Assembly: GCA_902462305.1 (NCBI GenBank)
Contig: CABQBC010000001.1
Span: 135,938 to 199,937 of the forward strand
DNA: 64,000 nucleotides
Reading direction: 5' to 3'
From: an uncultured Flavobacteriales bacterium
GTDB taxonomy: Bacteria; Bacteroidota; Bacteroidia; Flavobacteriales; UBA1820
The number at the start of each line of letters is the position of its first letter. Position 1 is the stretch's first letter. Of the stretch, positions 48,077 to 57,365 are shown piece after piece. A program made the translations under genes and the position numbers. The notes under the pieces are model-generated. The model saw only the letters and a program-made list of their open reading frames with translations. It made no database searches and had not been told where the DNA came from.

Positions 48077-49345
48077 TCAGATGCCGAATGCGGTCTTAAC
48101 CTTATCTATGTAATCGAGTTTTTCCCATGTGAAAAGTTCGACTTCCACATCCTTGTCACCGAAGTAATCCGAGTGGAAATGTTTGGTTACCACCTGAGGT
48201 TCTCGGCCCACGTGCCCGTAAGAAGCTGTTTCGGCATAAATCGGGTTGCGGAGTTTAAACCTGCGTTCTATGGCCGAAGGACGCATGTCGAATATACCTT
48301 TCACGATCTTGGCTATCTCGCCATCCGTCATATCGACATGTGCCGTACCGAACGTATTGACGCATATGGATGTAGGCTCGACCACTCCTATGGCGTACGA
48401 CACCTGCACCAGAACTTCGTCGGCAAGACCGGCGGCCACCAGGTTTTTGGCAATATGGCGCGCTGCATAAGCTGCCGAACGGTCCACCTTAGACGGGTCT
48501 TTACCCGAAAAAGCGCCGCCTCCGTGTGCGCCCTTGCCCCCGTACGTATCTACTATTATCTTGCGTCCGGTAAGACCCGTATCACCGTGAGGGCCGCCGA
48601 TTACGAACTTGCCCGTAGGGTTTATATGGTACGTTATCTTATCGGTGAACAGCTTCTGTATTTCCGGTTCGCATCCGGCTATAACGCGCGGCATGAGCTT
48701 GTTTATTATATCCGATTTGATGGTTTCGAGCATCTGGCGGTCATCGTCGCAAAACTCGTCGTGCTGCGTGGAAACGACTATCGTGTCTATACGCTGAGGC
48801 ACGTTGTCGTCGGAATATTCGATCGTCACCTGGCTTTTTGCATCGGGACGCAGGTAGCTGATTTCCGTTCCTTCACGGCGCATTGCGGCCAGCTCCTTGA
48901 GTATCCTGTGCGAGAGTTCCAAGGCCAGCGGCATATAGTTGCGGGTTTCGCGGGTAGCATAACCGAACATCATGCCCTGGTCGCCGGCACCCTGTTCTTT
49001 CTGCTCGTTTTTCTCATTGGCAGCATCCACGCCGCGGTTGATATCGTCCGACTGTTCGTGTATCATCGATATAACCCCGCACGAGTCGCCGTCGAAACGG
49101 TATTCGGCCTTGGTATAGCCTATGCGGTTAATAACGTCGCGTGCCACACCCTGGAGGTCCACATAGGTATCGGATTTGACCTCGCCGGCCATTATCACCT
49201 GGCCGGTAGTTACCAGCGTTTCACAAGCCACTTTGGACTGAGGGTCGTAAGCCAGGAAATTGTCCAGCAGCGCATCGGATATCTGGTCGGCTATCTTGTC
49301 GGGATGGCCTTCGGAAACCGATTCGGAAGTAAACAAATATGCCAT
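48077..49345 (-). CDS. metK: S-adenosylmethionine synthase
   Basis: [37 protein letters not shown] and [19 protein letters not shown] are canonical MetK motifs. Confidence 0.95.
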   Translation of the reverse strand: MAYLFTSESVSEGHPDKIADQISDALLDNFLAYDPQSKVACETLVTTGQVIMAGEVKSDTYVDLQGVARDVINRIGYTKAEYRFDGDSCGVISMIHEQSDDINRGVDAANEKNEQKEQGAGDQGMMFGYATRETRNYMPLALELSHRILKELAAMRREGTEISYLRPDAKSQVTIEYSDDNVPQRIDTIVVSTQHDEFCDDDRQMLETIKSDIINKLMPRVIAGCEPEIQKLFTDKITYHINPTGKFVIGGPHGDTGLTGRKIIVDTYGGKGAHGGGAFSGKDPSKVDRSAAYAARHIAKNLVAAGLADEVLVQVSYAIGVVEPTSICVNTFGTAHVDMTDGEIAKIVKGIFDMRPSAIERRFKLRNPIYAETASYGHVGREPQVVTKHFHSDYFGDKDVEVELFTWEKLDYIDKVKTAFGI

Positions 49346-49534
49346 TTCTACAAATATTTATATTGATTATTGAAAATTCGCAATTAAAAAACGCGCCCCG
49401 ACAACACACTGGCAGGAAACATATATGATAAACGGACCGGGAAAAAAAGCAAAGCGGGAAATCCTGTTTTAGCATTTTTTTCAAGAGGTCGCAATCAGTC
49501 AAATTTGTCCTCCGTGTAAAGTCTTTTCGCGGTG

Positions 49535-49542
49535 CAAAAATA
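49535..49542 (-). promoter_or_regulatory. -7 box TATTTTTG about 190 nt upstream of metK
   Basis: Plus-strand caaaaata. If this box is used, metK has a leader of about 180 nt. Confidence 0.3.
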
Positions 49543-49574
49543 CGCAAAAAAGAGGAAGCCTTTTAGTTTTCCCC

Positions 49575-50048
49575 TTATTTAACATTAAAAGCTTCCCATA
49601 TCATACCGGCAGGGTATCCCTTGGAGTAAAGATAGTTGTAAACCGCGGCCTTCTGCTGCCGCGTATCGAGTCCTCCGGCACGCCTGACACTGGCATCGAA
49701 AAGTTTTTTGAAATTTTCCCGGTATTCATCGCGGTTTATCTCGCCTATGGCCTCCTCTATCAGCGCGCCGGGAATACCCCTTGCGGCCAGTTCCGACCTC
49801 AGGCGCGTTTCACCCCATTTTTTTATACGGTACTTACCCCTTACGAAGCTGCGCGCAAAACGCTCCTCGTCCAGAAAGCGTCCGTCTTCAAGACTGCGCA
49901 TTATCACGGTATTTTCGTCTTCGGTCAGGCCGAAAGAACGCAATTTCTCATCCGCTTCCCTGCGGCAACGGTCGCGGTAGGCACAATATCGCTCCATCTT
50001 TTCCAGCACCTGCTCCGGTGTGGGCGTCGAATTTCCGTCCTTTGCCAT
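49575..50048 (-). CDS. recX: RecX family regulatory protein
   Basis: 157 aa. MERYCAYRDRCRREADEKL and the three-repeat helical pattern with GYPAGMIWEA are RecX-like. Confidence 0.75.
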   Translation of the reverse strand: MAKDGNSTPTPEQVLEKMERYCAYRDRCRREADEKLRSFGLTEDENTVIMRSLEDGRFLDEERFARSFVRGKYRIKKWGETRLRSELAARGIPGALIEEAIGEINRDEYRENFKKLFDASVRRAGGLDTRQQKAAVYNYLYSKGYPAGMIWEAFNVK

Positions 50049-50061
50049 AACCTCACTCCGT

Positions 50062-50796
50062 CTACTTTTTAACGCCTTTCTGCTGGATTATGAACACAGT
50101 CGGCTTTTTATGAATATCAGGCCGAACGCCTGAACTTTTCCACCCGGCAACGGTCATCGTCCGTATGTATTCATCCGGCCCCGTTATATCCGAAGCCACG
50201 CAAAGGCTGGTATGCGAAGCGCACGAGGACAGTATATCGTCGAACATCTGTACATTCCGGTAAGGCGTTTCTATGAATATCTGCGCCTGTGAGTTCTTCA
50301 GCGACAACGCCTCCAGCTCCCGCAGACGCGCCCTCCGGCCTGCCTTGTCCACAGGCAGGTACCCGTTGAAAGCGAAACACTGTCCGGAAAGACCGGAAGC
50401 CATCAGCCCCATCAACACGGACGAAGGCCCGCACAATGGTATCACGCGTATGCCCATCCCGTGCGCACGCTCCACGACCAATGCACCGGGGTCGGCTACG
50501 GCCGGAACACCAGCTTCGGACATCACGCCCAAATCATGTCCCTGAAGACAAGGAGCCAGGTAAGACGATATCATAGCGTCGTCGGAATGTTTGCCGATGG
50601 GATAAAATACGAGTGAATTTATATCCTTTTCCGGAACTACTTTCTTTATATACCGACGGGCCGTTTTTTCGTTTTCTACCGCGAAATACGATATACGGCG
50701 TATTTCATCCCTTACACGCGGGGCCATAACACTGTCGAACGGCACGTCGGAGAGAAACGTCGGTATCAGATACACAGCTCCTTTTTCCTTTTCCAT
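50062..50796 (-). CDS. tetrapyrrole-methylase-fold SAM-dependent methyltransferase (RsmI-like)
   Basis: 244 aa with MSEAGVPAVADPGALVV and IPLCGPSSVLMGLMASGL, as in the TP_methylase / RsmI family. Confidence 0.65.
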   Translation of the reverse strand: MEKEKGAVYLIPTFLSDVPFDSVMAPRVRDEIRRISYFAVENEKTARRYIKKVVPEKDINSLVFYPIGKHSDDAMISSYLAPCLQGHDLGVMSEAGVPAVADPGALVVERAHGMGIRVIPLCGPSSVLMGLMASGLSGQCFAFNGYLPVDKAGRRARLRELEALSLKNSQAQIFIETPYRNVQMFDDILSSCASHTSLCVASDITGPDEYIRTMTVAGWKSSGVRPDIHKKPTVFIIQQKGVKK

Positions 50797-50821
50797 ATTG
50801 TCACTTTACATATGGTTAAAA

Positions 50822-50862
50822 ACCGAAAAAACCGCCGTAAAGTTGCCCTTCGCGGCGGTTTT
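50822..50862 (-). terminator. intrinsic terminator after the DUF3127-like gene
   Basis: aaccgccg-N15-cggcggtt, with a T tract on the minus strand. Confidence 0.5.
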
Positions 50863-50889
50863 AATATCGTTATTTTCCTTTTCAGGTTC

Positions 50890-51297
50890 TCAGAACGGCA
50901 AATCGTCATCGTCGCCGGCCGGGGCTGACGGCGCTACAGGAGCCTGAGGTTGTGCCGGCATACCCTGCGATGCGAACGGATTGGCAGGAGCGGCGGATGG
51001 CTGTCCCTGAGCCATGCCGGGAGCGGACGCTTCGATACGCCATCCTCCTACGGACGTGAAATAACGCACATCGCCGGTCTTTGGGTCTGTCCACTCGCGT
51101 CCGCGCAGGTTTATCGACACTTTAACGTACTGACCTTCGGTAAAGGCGTCCACCAGGGCAGCGCGGCTCTGTGCAAACTCGACCATTATCGTCTGCGGAT
51201 ACATCTCGTCGGTGAGTATCACCACTTCTCGTTTCGAAAATGTCGGCGTTATCTGTTGCAGGGGGGATATTTTTTTAATAGTTCCTACCAATTCCAT
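50890..51297 (-). CDS. DUF3127-like OB-fold protein with an SSB-type disordered linker and an acidic DDDDLPF tip
   Basis: 135 aa. The N-terminal roughly 90 aa are globular. Then comes a Gly/Pro/Gln/Ala-rich tail that ends in GDDDDLPF. Confidence 0.6.
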   Translation of the reverse strand: MELVGTIKKISPLQQITPTFSKREVVILTDEMYPQTIMVEFAQSRAALVDAFTEGQYVKVSINLRGREWTDPKTGDVRYFTSVGGWRIEASAPGMAQGQPSAAPANPFASQGMPAQPQAPVAPSAPAGDDDDLPF

Positions 51298-51448
51298 CGT
51301 AATTTCGTTTTATTTATGTTTAAATCAATACTCAATCCTATTCGCGGAAACAGCGATACCGGACTTTACAAATATCGGTATTTTTTTCTTCCGGGCGTAA
51401 TTTTTTTATCAACATCCGGACAAATCATCCGTGCGCCCATGCCTGTCC

Positions 51449-52120
51449 TTACAGGAATTTGTAACCGACCATAACGCCGAAACGCGGTATCCAATGCGAG
51501 GAACCGTTCCAGGGATCGGGATGTTCGGGCTGGTTGGGACGTTGCGGATTCATTTCTATTTTGTCCTTCCAGGCTATCTGATTACCTTCCGAATCGAATT
51601 CGTCGTAAAGGGTATATGCATTGTACCATCCGGTAACAAATGTTCCTCCGGCAAACACGTCCAGCGTTATACGCTTTCCGAAATTCCACTTGTAGCCTAT
51701 CGAAACCCCGGACAGAATACCCATACCTCTCTGATACGAATTGTTCCACCGGAATATCTTCCCGTCGTTCAATATATAAGGCCGTGATACTTTGATCATA
51801 AGCAAAGCGCCTATGTCCACACCGCCCCACCAGCCTCGCAACGCGCCGCCTTCGTGTTTTTTAAAATAAAACCTGGCCGTGTTTATTATCTGCAGGAAAT
51901 GCTCCGGCCGGGAATGCCCTCCGAGTTTTACCGACTGCCACGGGGAATACAAAACCTCCGCATTGTACGATATCCTCTGCGACAGCGGAATTTCAACCGA
52001 AGGGTTTATCACTCCTACCAACGCATAAGCGCCGTTTATCTTAAGTTCCGTCTGTCCGTATGACGCGGCGCTGCAAAACGAAACCATCAAAACCGCAATA
52101 ATTATACGTATATTACCCAT
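51449..52120 (-). CDS. outer-membrane beta-barrel-like protein (DUF3575-like)
   Basis: Signal peptide MGNIRIIIAVLMVSFCSAASYGQ, alternating beta-strand pattern and a C-terminal aromatic (YKFL). Confidence 0.5.
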   Translation of the reverse strand: MGNIRIIIAVLMVSFCSAASYGQTELKINGAYALVGVINPSVEIPLSQRISYNAEVLYSPWQSVKLGGHSRPEHFLQIINTARFYFKKHEGGALRGWWGGVDIGALLMIKVSRPYILNDGKIFRWNNSYQRGMGILSGVSIGYKWNFGKRITLDVFAGGTFVTGWYNAYTLYDEFDSEGNQIAWKDKIEMNPQRPNQPEHPDPWNGSSHWIPRFGVMVGYKFL

Positions 52121-52295
52121 ATCTCTATATTTTTTAAAATCCTAAAGTATGTCCTGTCAGCAAAGATAGCTCAAACCGTCAGCCTGGCAAAGGGAAAACG
52201 AACTTTTAGGATGACCGTACCGCAACGGCAGTCTATATCGCTGACGATTTTACACTAAAAAAGAACAAAAACTTCCGTTATCTGAACAAAATATT

Positions 52296-52303
52296 TACAT
52301 TTG
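52296..52303 (+). promoter_or_regulatory. -7 box TACATTTG upstream of trpB
   Basis: Matches TAnnTTTG, about 95 nt before the ATG at 52397. The leader is CA-rich with no evident Trp leader peptide. Confidence 0.4.
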
Positions 52304-52396
52304 CCTTCATACTATTCAGCCACAACAGCTTTTTAACTAAAATACATTATCAGACCTGACACAAGGCACATCAAAACAACAAACACATATACACAC

Positions 52397-53593
52397 ATGA
52401 CTTTCAATATAGACGAAAACGGATACTACGGCCCGTTCGGCGGAGCCCACATACCGGAAATGCTGCGGAGAAACATCGAAACGCTTCAATCCACCTATCT
52501 CAAAGAAATAAACACCGAAAGTTTCAGGCAGGAATTCGACCTGCTGCTAAAGGACTACGTCGGCCGGCCTTCGCCGTTGTATTTCTCTGAAAAACTTTCC
52601 GAAAAATACGGCATACGCCTTTATCTCAAACGGGAAGACCTCAACCACACCGGCGCACACAAGATAAACAACGCCATCGGCCAGGTACTTCTGGCGCGGC
52701 GCATGGGCAAAAAACGCATCATAGCCGAAACCGGAGCCGGACAGCACGGAGTGGCCACTGCCACCGTCTGCGCCCTGATGGACATGGAATGCTCCATATA
52801 CATGGGTGCTACCGACATAGCCAGACAAATGCTCAACGTACAGAAAATGGAAATGCTCGGAGCGCAGGTAGTATCGGTAGAAAGCGGCAACAAAACGTTG
52901 AAAGAGGCCGTCGACGAAGCTCTTGCCGAATGGTGCGCACATCCCGACGATACTTTTTACCTGATAGGTTCAGCCGTAGGGCCTCACCCCTACCCCGACA
53001 TGGTTGCGCGTTTCCAGTCCGTCATATCGGCCGAAATAAAAAAACAGCTCGCCGAAAAAGAAGGCCGCGATTACCCCGATTACCTGATCGCATGCGTGGG
53101 AGGCGGCAGCAACGCGATAGGTACTTTTTACCATTACCTGGATGACAAACGCGTGAAACTCATCGAAGCGGAAGCGGCAGGATTAGGGCTCGATACAGGG
53201 CAGCACGCCGCCACGATGTCCCTCGGCAGTGAAAACGTGCTTCACGGCAGCAAAACACTGGTCCTTACGGACAGCAAGGGAGAAGTAACCGAACCGTACT
53301 CCATATCCGCCGGACTGGACTATCCCGGCGTGGGTCCGGCACACGCCAACCTTTCCGTATCGGGACGGGCAGAAATAATGGCCGTAACAGACGACCAGGC
53401 CCTCGACGCAGCTTTCGAACTGACGCGGGCAGAAGGCATAATCCCGGCGCTGGAATCTTCGCACGCGCTGGCGGTACTCTCCCTCCGCAAATTTGAAAAA
53501 GACGCTGTCGTGGTATTGACAGTATCCGGACGCGGCGACAAGGATATGCCTGCGTACCTTAAGGCTTTCAACGACCGTATGAAGACGAAATAA
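52397..53593 (+). CDS. trpB: tryptophan synthase beta chain
   Basis: 398 aa with [16 protein letters not shown] (PLP lysine), ETGAGQHG and GGGSNAIG. No other trp gene lies in the window. Confidence 0.9.
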   Translation: MTFNIDENGYYGPFGGAHIPEMLRRNIETLQSTYLKEINTESFRQEFDLLLKDYVGRPSPLYFSEKLSEKYGIRLYLKREDLNHTGAHKINNAIGQVLLARRMGKKRIIAETGAGQHGVATATVCALMDMECSIYMGATDIARQMLNVQKMEMLGAQVVSVESGNKTLKEAVDEALAEWCAHPDDTFYLIGSAVGPHPYPDMVARFQSVISAEIKKQLAEKEGRDYPDYLIACVGGGSNAIGTFYHYLDDKRVKLIEAEAAGLGLDTGQHAATMSLGSENVLHGSKTLVLTDSKGEVTEPYSISAGLDYPGVGPAHANLSVSGRAEIMAVTDDQALDAAFELTRAEGIIPALESSHALAVLSLRKFEKDAVVVLTVSGRGDKDMPAYLKAFNDRMKTK

Positions 53594-53697
53594 AAGGATC
53601 TTTTCTCCATAACGCAAAACGTCTTCCCGGGCATATGTATTCGGGAAGGCGTTTTTTAAGTATCTTTACACAAACTCCCTGACTGCCATACACACCT

Positions 53698-54573
53698 ATG
53701 GAAGAGCCTATACGTACGCGCACAATACTCTCCCGCCTGAGAACACGCGACACCCTTTTCGGCATAACATACAATATGAACCTGTACCGGGGTTGCTCTC
53801 ACGGGTGTATCTACTGCGATACGCGCAGTACGTGTTACGGCATAGGCGACATAAGCCGCATAAGGATAAAAGAGAACGCCGTAGCCCTGCTCGAAAAAGA
53901 ACTGTCAGGCAAAAAAGGCCCTAAAGCCACAATAGGCACAGGTTCGATGAACGATCCTTACATGCCTTGCGAAAAACGGCACAGACTCACCCGTAGCGCC
54001 CTCGAAATCATAGCCAGGCACAGGTTTCCGGTACACGTGATAACCAAAAGCGGCCTTGTGGCACGCGATAAAGACATACTGTCCGAAATATCCGGAAAAT
54101 CATACGCCGCGGTCAGTTTTACCGTAACAACCTCCGACGACACTCTGGCGCGGATTACGGAGCCGGGAGCCACGCCGCCTTCGCTGCGCTTCAATGCCAT
54201 GGAAAAACTGGCCTCTGCCGGCATATACACCGGGGTGACCATGATGCCCATTCTGCCGTTTATAAACGACCGTCCGGAAAATATAACGGAGATCATGCGT
54301 ATGGCGGCTTCCTCAGGCGCATCCTATGTACTGCCTATGTTCGGGGTAACGCTTCGCGAAGGATCTCGCGATTTTTTCTACAGCGCGCTGGACAAACATT
54401 TTCCAGGAATCAAAGGCCGATACGAACAGACATTCGCAAACCGTTACGAATGTTTCAGTCCGCGTTATGCAGATCTGCGAGACGTTTTCCTGCAGGGCGC
54501 ATCGCGGTACGGACTTTCCGGGAGCATGAGATTTTACGAACCGCCTCCACCGGCGCAGCTTTCCATGTTCTGA
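53698..54573 (+). CDS. radical SAM protein (SplB / DNA-photolyase-like COG1533 type)
   Basis: The radical SAM cluster motif is YRGCSHGCIYCDTR. The size of 291 aa fits the SPL-like family. Confidence 0.65.
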   Translation: MEEPIRTRTILSRLRTRDTLFGITYNMNLYRGCSHGCIYCDTRSTCYGIGDISRIRIKENAVALLEKELSGKKGPKATIGTGSMNDPYMPCEKRHRLTRSALEIIARHRFPVHVITKSGLVARDKDILSEISGKSYAAVSFTVTTSDDTLARITEPGATPPSLRFNAMEKLASAGIYTGVTMMPILPFINDRPENITEIMRMAASSGASYVLPMFGVTLREGSRDFFYSALDKHFPGIKGRYEQTFANRYECFSPRYADLRDVFLQGASRYGLSGSMRFYEPPPPAQLSMF

Positions 54574-54634
54574 GGCCATTTACTTTAAAAACCATATATT
54601 TGTGCCTGTCAAACTCTAAAAACACATATACGCT

Positions 54635-54910
54635 ATGGAACAAAAATATTGCCAGAGCTGCGGAATGCCGATGTCAGCCAAAGAGGATTTCGGGACCGAA
54701 AAATCCGGGAACGCCAGTCACGATTACTGCACATATTGCTACAAGGACGGAAAATTCACTTCCGATTGCACTATGGATGAAATGATTGGACACTGCGCAC
54801 GTTTTGTAGACCAATTCAACGAAGATTCGGCCGTAAAATACACCAAAGAAGAGGCCATTTCGGAAATGAAACGCTTTTTCCCTCAGTTGAAACGTTGGAA
54901 AAACGCCTGA
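54635..54910 (+). CDS. zinc-ribbon domain protein
   Basis: 91 aa with CQSCGMP...CTYC, two Cys pairs at the N-terminus. Confidence 0.55.
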   Translation: MEQKYCQSCGMPMSAKEDFGTEKSGNASHDYCTYCYKDGKFTSDCTMDEMIGHCARFVDQFNEDSAVKYTKEEAISEMKRFFPQLKRWKNA

Positions 54911-54948
54911 ACACACACGTTTGATTCCCATATTTTCTATACCGGACA

Positions 54949-55419
54949 ATGCAATACACCGTCAAAAAAGTTTTCCCGCAGGACATACCATTGCTATGCC
55001 GCATTTTCAAAGATTCGGTGCTGAACATAGCATCGAAAGATTATTCACGCGAACAGACGGATGCATGGGCTGGTACGGGTACCGTAAAACGGTGGGAAGA
55101 ACTCTTTGCCAGCGGGCTTTGCTTTGCGGCGGCATTCGACAACGACGGCATCATGTGCGGCTTTACCTCGGTAAATACCGCCGGTTATCTGCACTCGATG
55201 TTCGTGGGGAGCGGTTATCGTGGAAAAGGCGTAGCTTCGGAACTTCTGAAATGGGCTGAAAATTACGCTAAAGAGCATCGTGCCTATGAAATGTCGTGTG
55301 ATGTGAGCATCACCGCAAAGACGTTTTTTTCAAAAAACGGATACCGTACGGAAAAAGAACAGGGTGTACGTGTAAAAGACATATTCATGACAAATTATGC
55401 CATGAAGAAAAAATTATGA
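54949..55419 (+). CDS. GNAT family N-acetyltransferase
   Basis: 156 aa. MFVGSGYRGKGVASELLKWAE is a GNAT motif A. Confidence 0.75.
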   Translation: MQYTVKKVFPQDIPLLCRIFKDSVLNIASKDYSREQTDAWAGTGTVKRWEELFASGLCFAAAFDNDGIMCGFTSVNTAGYLHSMFVGSGYRGKGVASELLKWAENYAKEHRAYEMSCDVSITAKTFFSKNGYRTEKEQGVRVKDIFMTNYAMKKKL

Positions 55420-55460
55420 TCTTCCGCCGCAATTAACGGGAGGATGTGTTATATAACGTA

Positions 55461-55871
55461 TCAGATATCCTCGAACTCAATATTGGTAAAGCGGCTCGAT
55501 AGCGAGATGTCTTCCTGCGTGCCCTCACGATCCGAAGCTACGGCGTGCTCGGCATCGATATCGTCAGGAGTCTTTTTATAGTCCTTTATATGACGTTCCG
55601 ATATGACTTCCTGCCCCTTTTCTTTCAAAATAAAATCGGTAGCTTCTTCAAAAAACGATTTAAAAGATTCGAAATCCTCTTTGTAAAGGTAGATTTTATG
55701 TTTCTTGTATTCGTTTACGCCCGATTCCTGGCTGAATTTTTTACTTTCGGTGATAGTCAGATAGTAGTCTCCGGCCTTTGTAGTCCTTACATCGAAAAAG
55801 TATGTCCTCCGTCCCGCCCTGAGTGCCTTGGAAAATATCTCGGTATTATCCTGGTATTCGTTTTCTCCCAT
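55461..55871 (-). CDS. PUR-alpha-like nucleic-acid-binding protein (DUF3276-like)
   Basis: 136 aa. RAGRRTYFFDVRTTKAGDYYLTITESKK and HKIYLYKEDFESF match the PUR-repeat pattern seen in Bacteroidota DUF3276 proteins. Confidence 0.6.
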   Translation of the reverse strand: MGENEYQDNTEIFSKALRAGRRTYFFDVRTTKAGDYYLTITESKKFSQESGVNEYKKHKIYLYKEDFESFKSFFEEATDFILKEKGQEVISERHIKDYKKTPDDIDAEHAVASDREGTQEDISLSSRFTNIEFEDI

Positions 55872-55899
55872 CGTTGTTTAGAGTTTAAATAATTTACCA

Positions 55900-55907
55900 C
55901 AAATCTA
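55900..55907 (-). promoter_or_regulatory. -7 box TAGATTTG upstream of the PUR-like gene
   Basis: Plus-strand caaatcta, about 30 nt upstream of the ATG at 55871. Confidence 0.45.
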
Positions 55908-56001
55908 AAAAAATATTTATCATAAAAAGATACAGGCCATATAAAGTTTTAATGAAAAGAAAAAAAATGATTTTTTTGTTGCGGCAAACGGATATTAATG
56001 G

Positions 56002-56009
56002 TATTTTTG
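56002..56009 (+). promoter_or_regulatory. -7 box TATTTTTG upstream of tRNA-Lys
   Basis: Matches TAnnTTTG, about 35 nt before the tRNA 5' end. Confidence 0.4.
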
Positions 56010-56044
56010 TGCCCGCAAACAGGGATTAAAACACTGTGCGTTAC

Positions 56045-56117
56045 GTTTCGGTAGCTCAGTTGGTAGAGCAATTGACTCTTAATCAATGGGTCGTGGGTTC
56101 GAGCCCCACCCGGAACA
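56045..56117 (+). tRNA. tRNA-Lys (anticodon CTT)
   Basis: Folded by hand into a 73-nt cloverleaf. Acceptor gtttcgg/ccggaac (one G.U), D arm gctc-agttggta-gagc, anticodon arm attga-ctCTTaa-tcaat, T arm gtggg-ttcgagc-cccac and discriminator A. CCA is not encoded. Confidence 0.9.
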
Positions 56118-56121
56118 CAAG

Positions 56122-56157
56122 AAAAAGCCCAAAACATAATGTTTTGGGCTTTTTTTA
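56122..56157. terminator. intrinsic terminator after tRNA-Lys (usable from both directions)
   Basis: aaagcccaaaac-ataat-gttttgggcttt forms a 12-bp stem with T7 downstream. Confidence 0.8.
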
Positions 56158-56196
56158 TGACTTAAATTTTTAGACTTTTTGCATCAAAAATAAAAG

Positions 56197-56736
56197 TTAT
56201 TCAAACAGGATATTGTTTTGCGGCTTATTGCTGATGGTAGGCTTTACCTGTATCAATTTTACAGTTTGAGAAGTTATATGGTTGAACTGTGGATTTTTGT
56301 CTATGAAATAGACTTTCTTGCCGCGAAGGTTCTCGAAGTATTCCCAGATTTCCTCTTTGGACATGGACTCGAACAGTTCGTCGAGGTCTATGATATAATT
56401 GTTGTCAAGAAAGGAGGCGGGTTCGGTACGAATTTCCAGGGTGTCATCCCATTCTACCGGCCTTGTTTTAGATAGCTCATAGGTATTGTAATTCACATGG
56501 AAAAACATTAAATATATTTCCCTAGCATCAGAAAGATAGGTAAAATTTATAGGCCCCCAATTATATAAATGACTATTATTTGGTTGATCTACCCTTCTAA
56601 AACCCTCCGATACATTATTTTCACCTTTCGATGTTACGTAGAAATATACCGGTTCATGTTCTGTATCTTCCGACTGTGCATATCCTGCGGCAAACGGCAG
56701 CAGAAGCAATGCGATGAGTGTTATTAGTTTTTTCAT
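56197..56736 (-). CDS. small secreted protein, candidate immunity/accessory protein (paralog 2)
   Basis: 179 aa with signal peptide MKKLITLIALLLLPFAAGYAQ. AT-rich. Shares identical DNA blocks with the 56795-57346 gene. No family recognised. Confidence 0.6.
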   Translation of the reverse strand: MKKLITLIALLLLPFAAGYAQSEDTEHEPVYFYVTSKGENNVSEGFRRVDQPNNSHLYNWGPINFTYLSDAREIYLMFFHVNYNTYELSKTRPVEWDDTLEIRTEPASFLDNNYIIDLDELFESMSKEEIWEYFENLRGKKVYFIDKNPQFNHITSQTVKLIQVKPTISNKPQNNILFE

Positions 56737-56794
56737 GTGTAGCGGTAATAGAAAAACCGGGAGGAGGCTTCTCCTCCCGGGAAAATCATAATTA

Positions 56795-57346
56795 TTATTT
56801 CATGCCACCTTCTTTCACTATAAGGCCGCCAGGGCGATTATTCGAGGATAATTTTACTTGTATCAATTTCACCGTTTGTTGGTTTATCTGGCCGTATTCG
56901 GGATTTTTATCTATAAAATATATCTTTTTATTATATAATTCATCTGTATAATCCCAGATTTCCTCTTTGGACATGGACTCGAACAGTTCGTCGAGGTCTA
57001 TGATGTAATTGTTGTCCAGAAAGGAGGCGGGTTCGGTGCGGATTTCCATCGTGTCATCCCATCTCACAGGCCGTATTTTTGAAAGTTCATAGGTGTTATA
57101 ATCTATGTGCATAAATGAAGCTCTAACTTTTCTGGATTTTGAAATATATGAAAAATATATAGGTACACTTCTATGACATGGATCGTTATTGCTACCATTT
57201 CCTCTCCATACGCCTTCAGATAAGTCGTTATTGGATTTTGAATTTACGTAGAAATATACCGGTTCATGTTCTGTATCTTCCGACTGTGCATATACACCCA
57301 TTAAGGGTTGTAATAACAGTATAGTAAATATGATTAGCTTTTTCAT
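56795..57346 (-). CDS. small secreted protein, candidate immunity/accessory protein (paralog 1)
   Basis: 183 aa with signal peptide MKKLIIFTILLLQPLMGVYAQ. It starts 20 nt downstream of the lipoprotein gene stop. No family recognised. Confidence 0.6.
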   Translation of the reverse strand: MKKLIIFTILLLQPLMGVYAQSEDTEHEPVYFYVNSKSNNDLSEGVWRGNGSNNDPCHRSVPIYFSYISKSRKVRASFMHIDYNTYELSKIRPVRWDDTMEIRTEPASFLDNNYIIDLDELFESMSKEEIWDYTDELYNKKIYFIDKNPEYGQINQQTVKLIQVKLSSNNRPGGLIVKEGGMK

Positions 57347-57365
57347 TGTTTGTTTAATTTAATTC

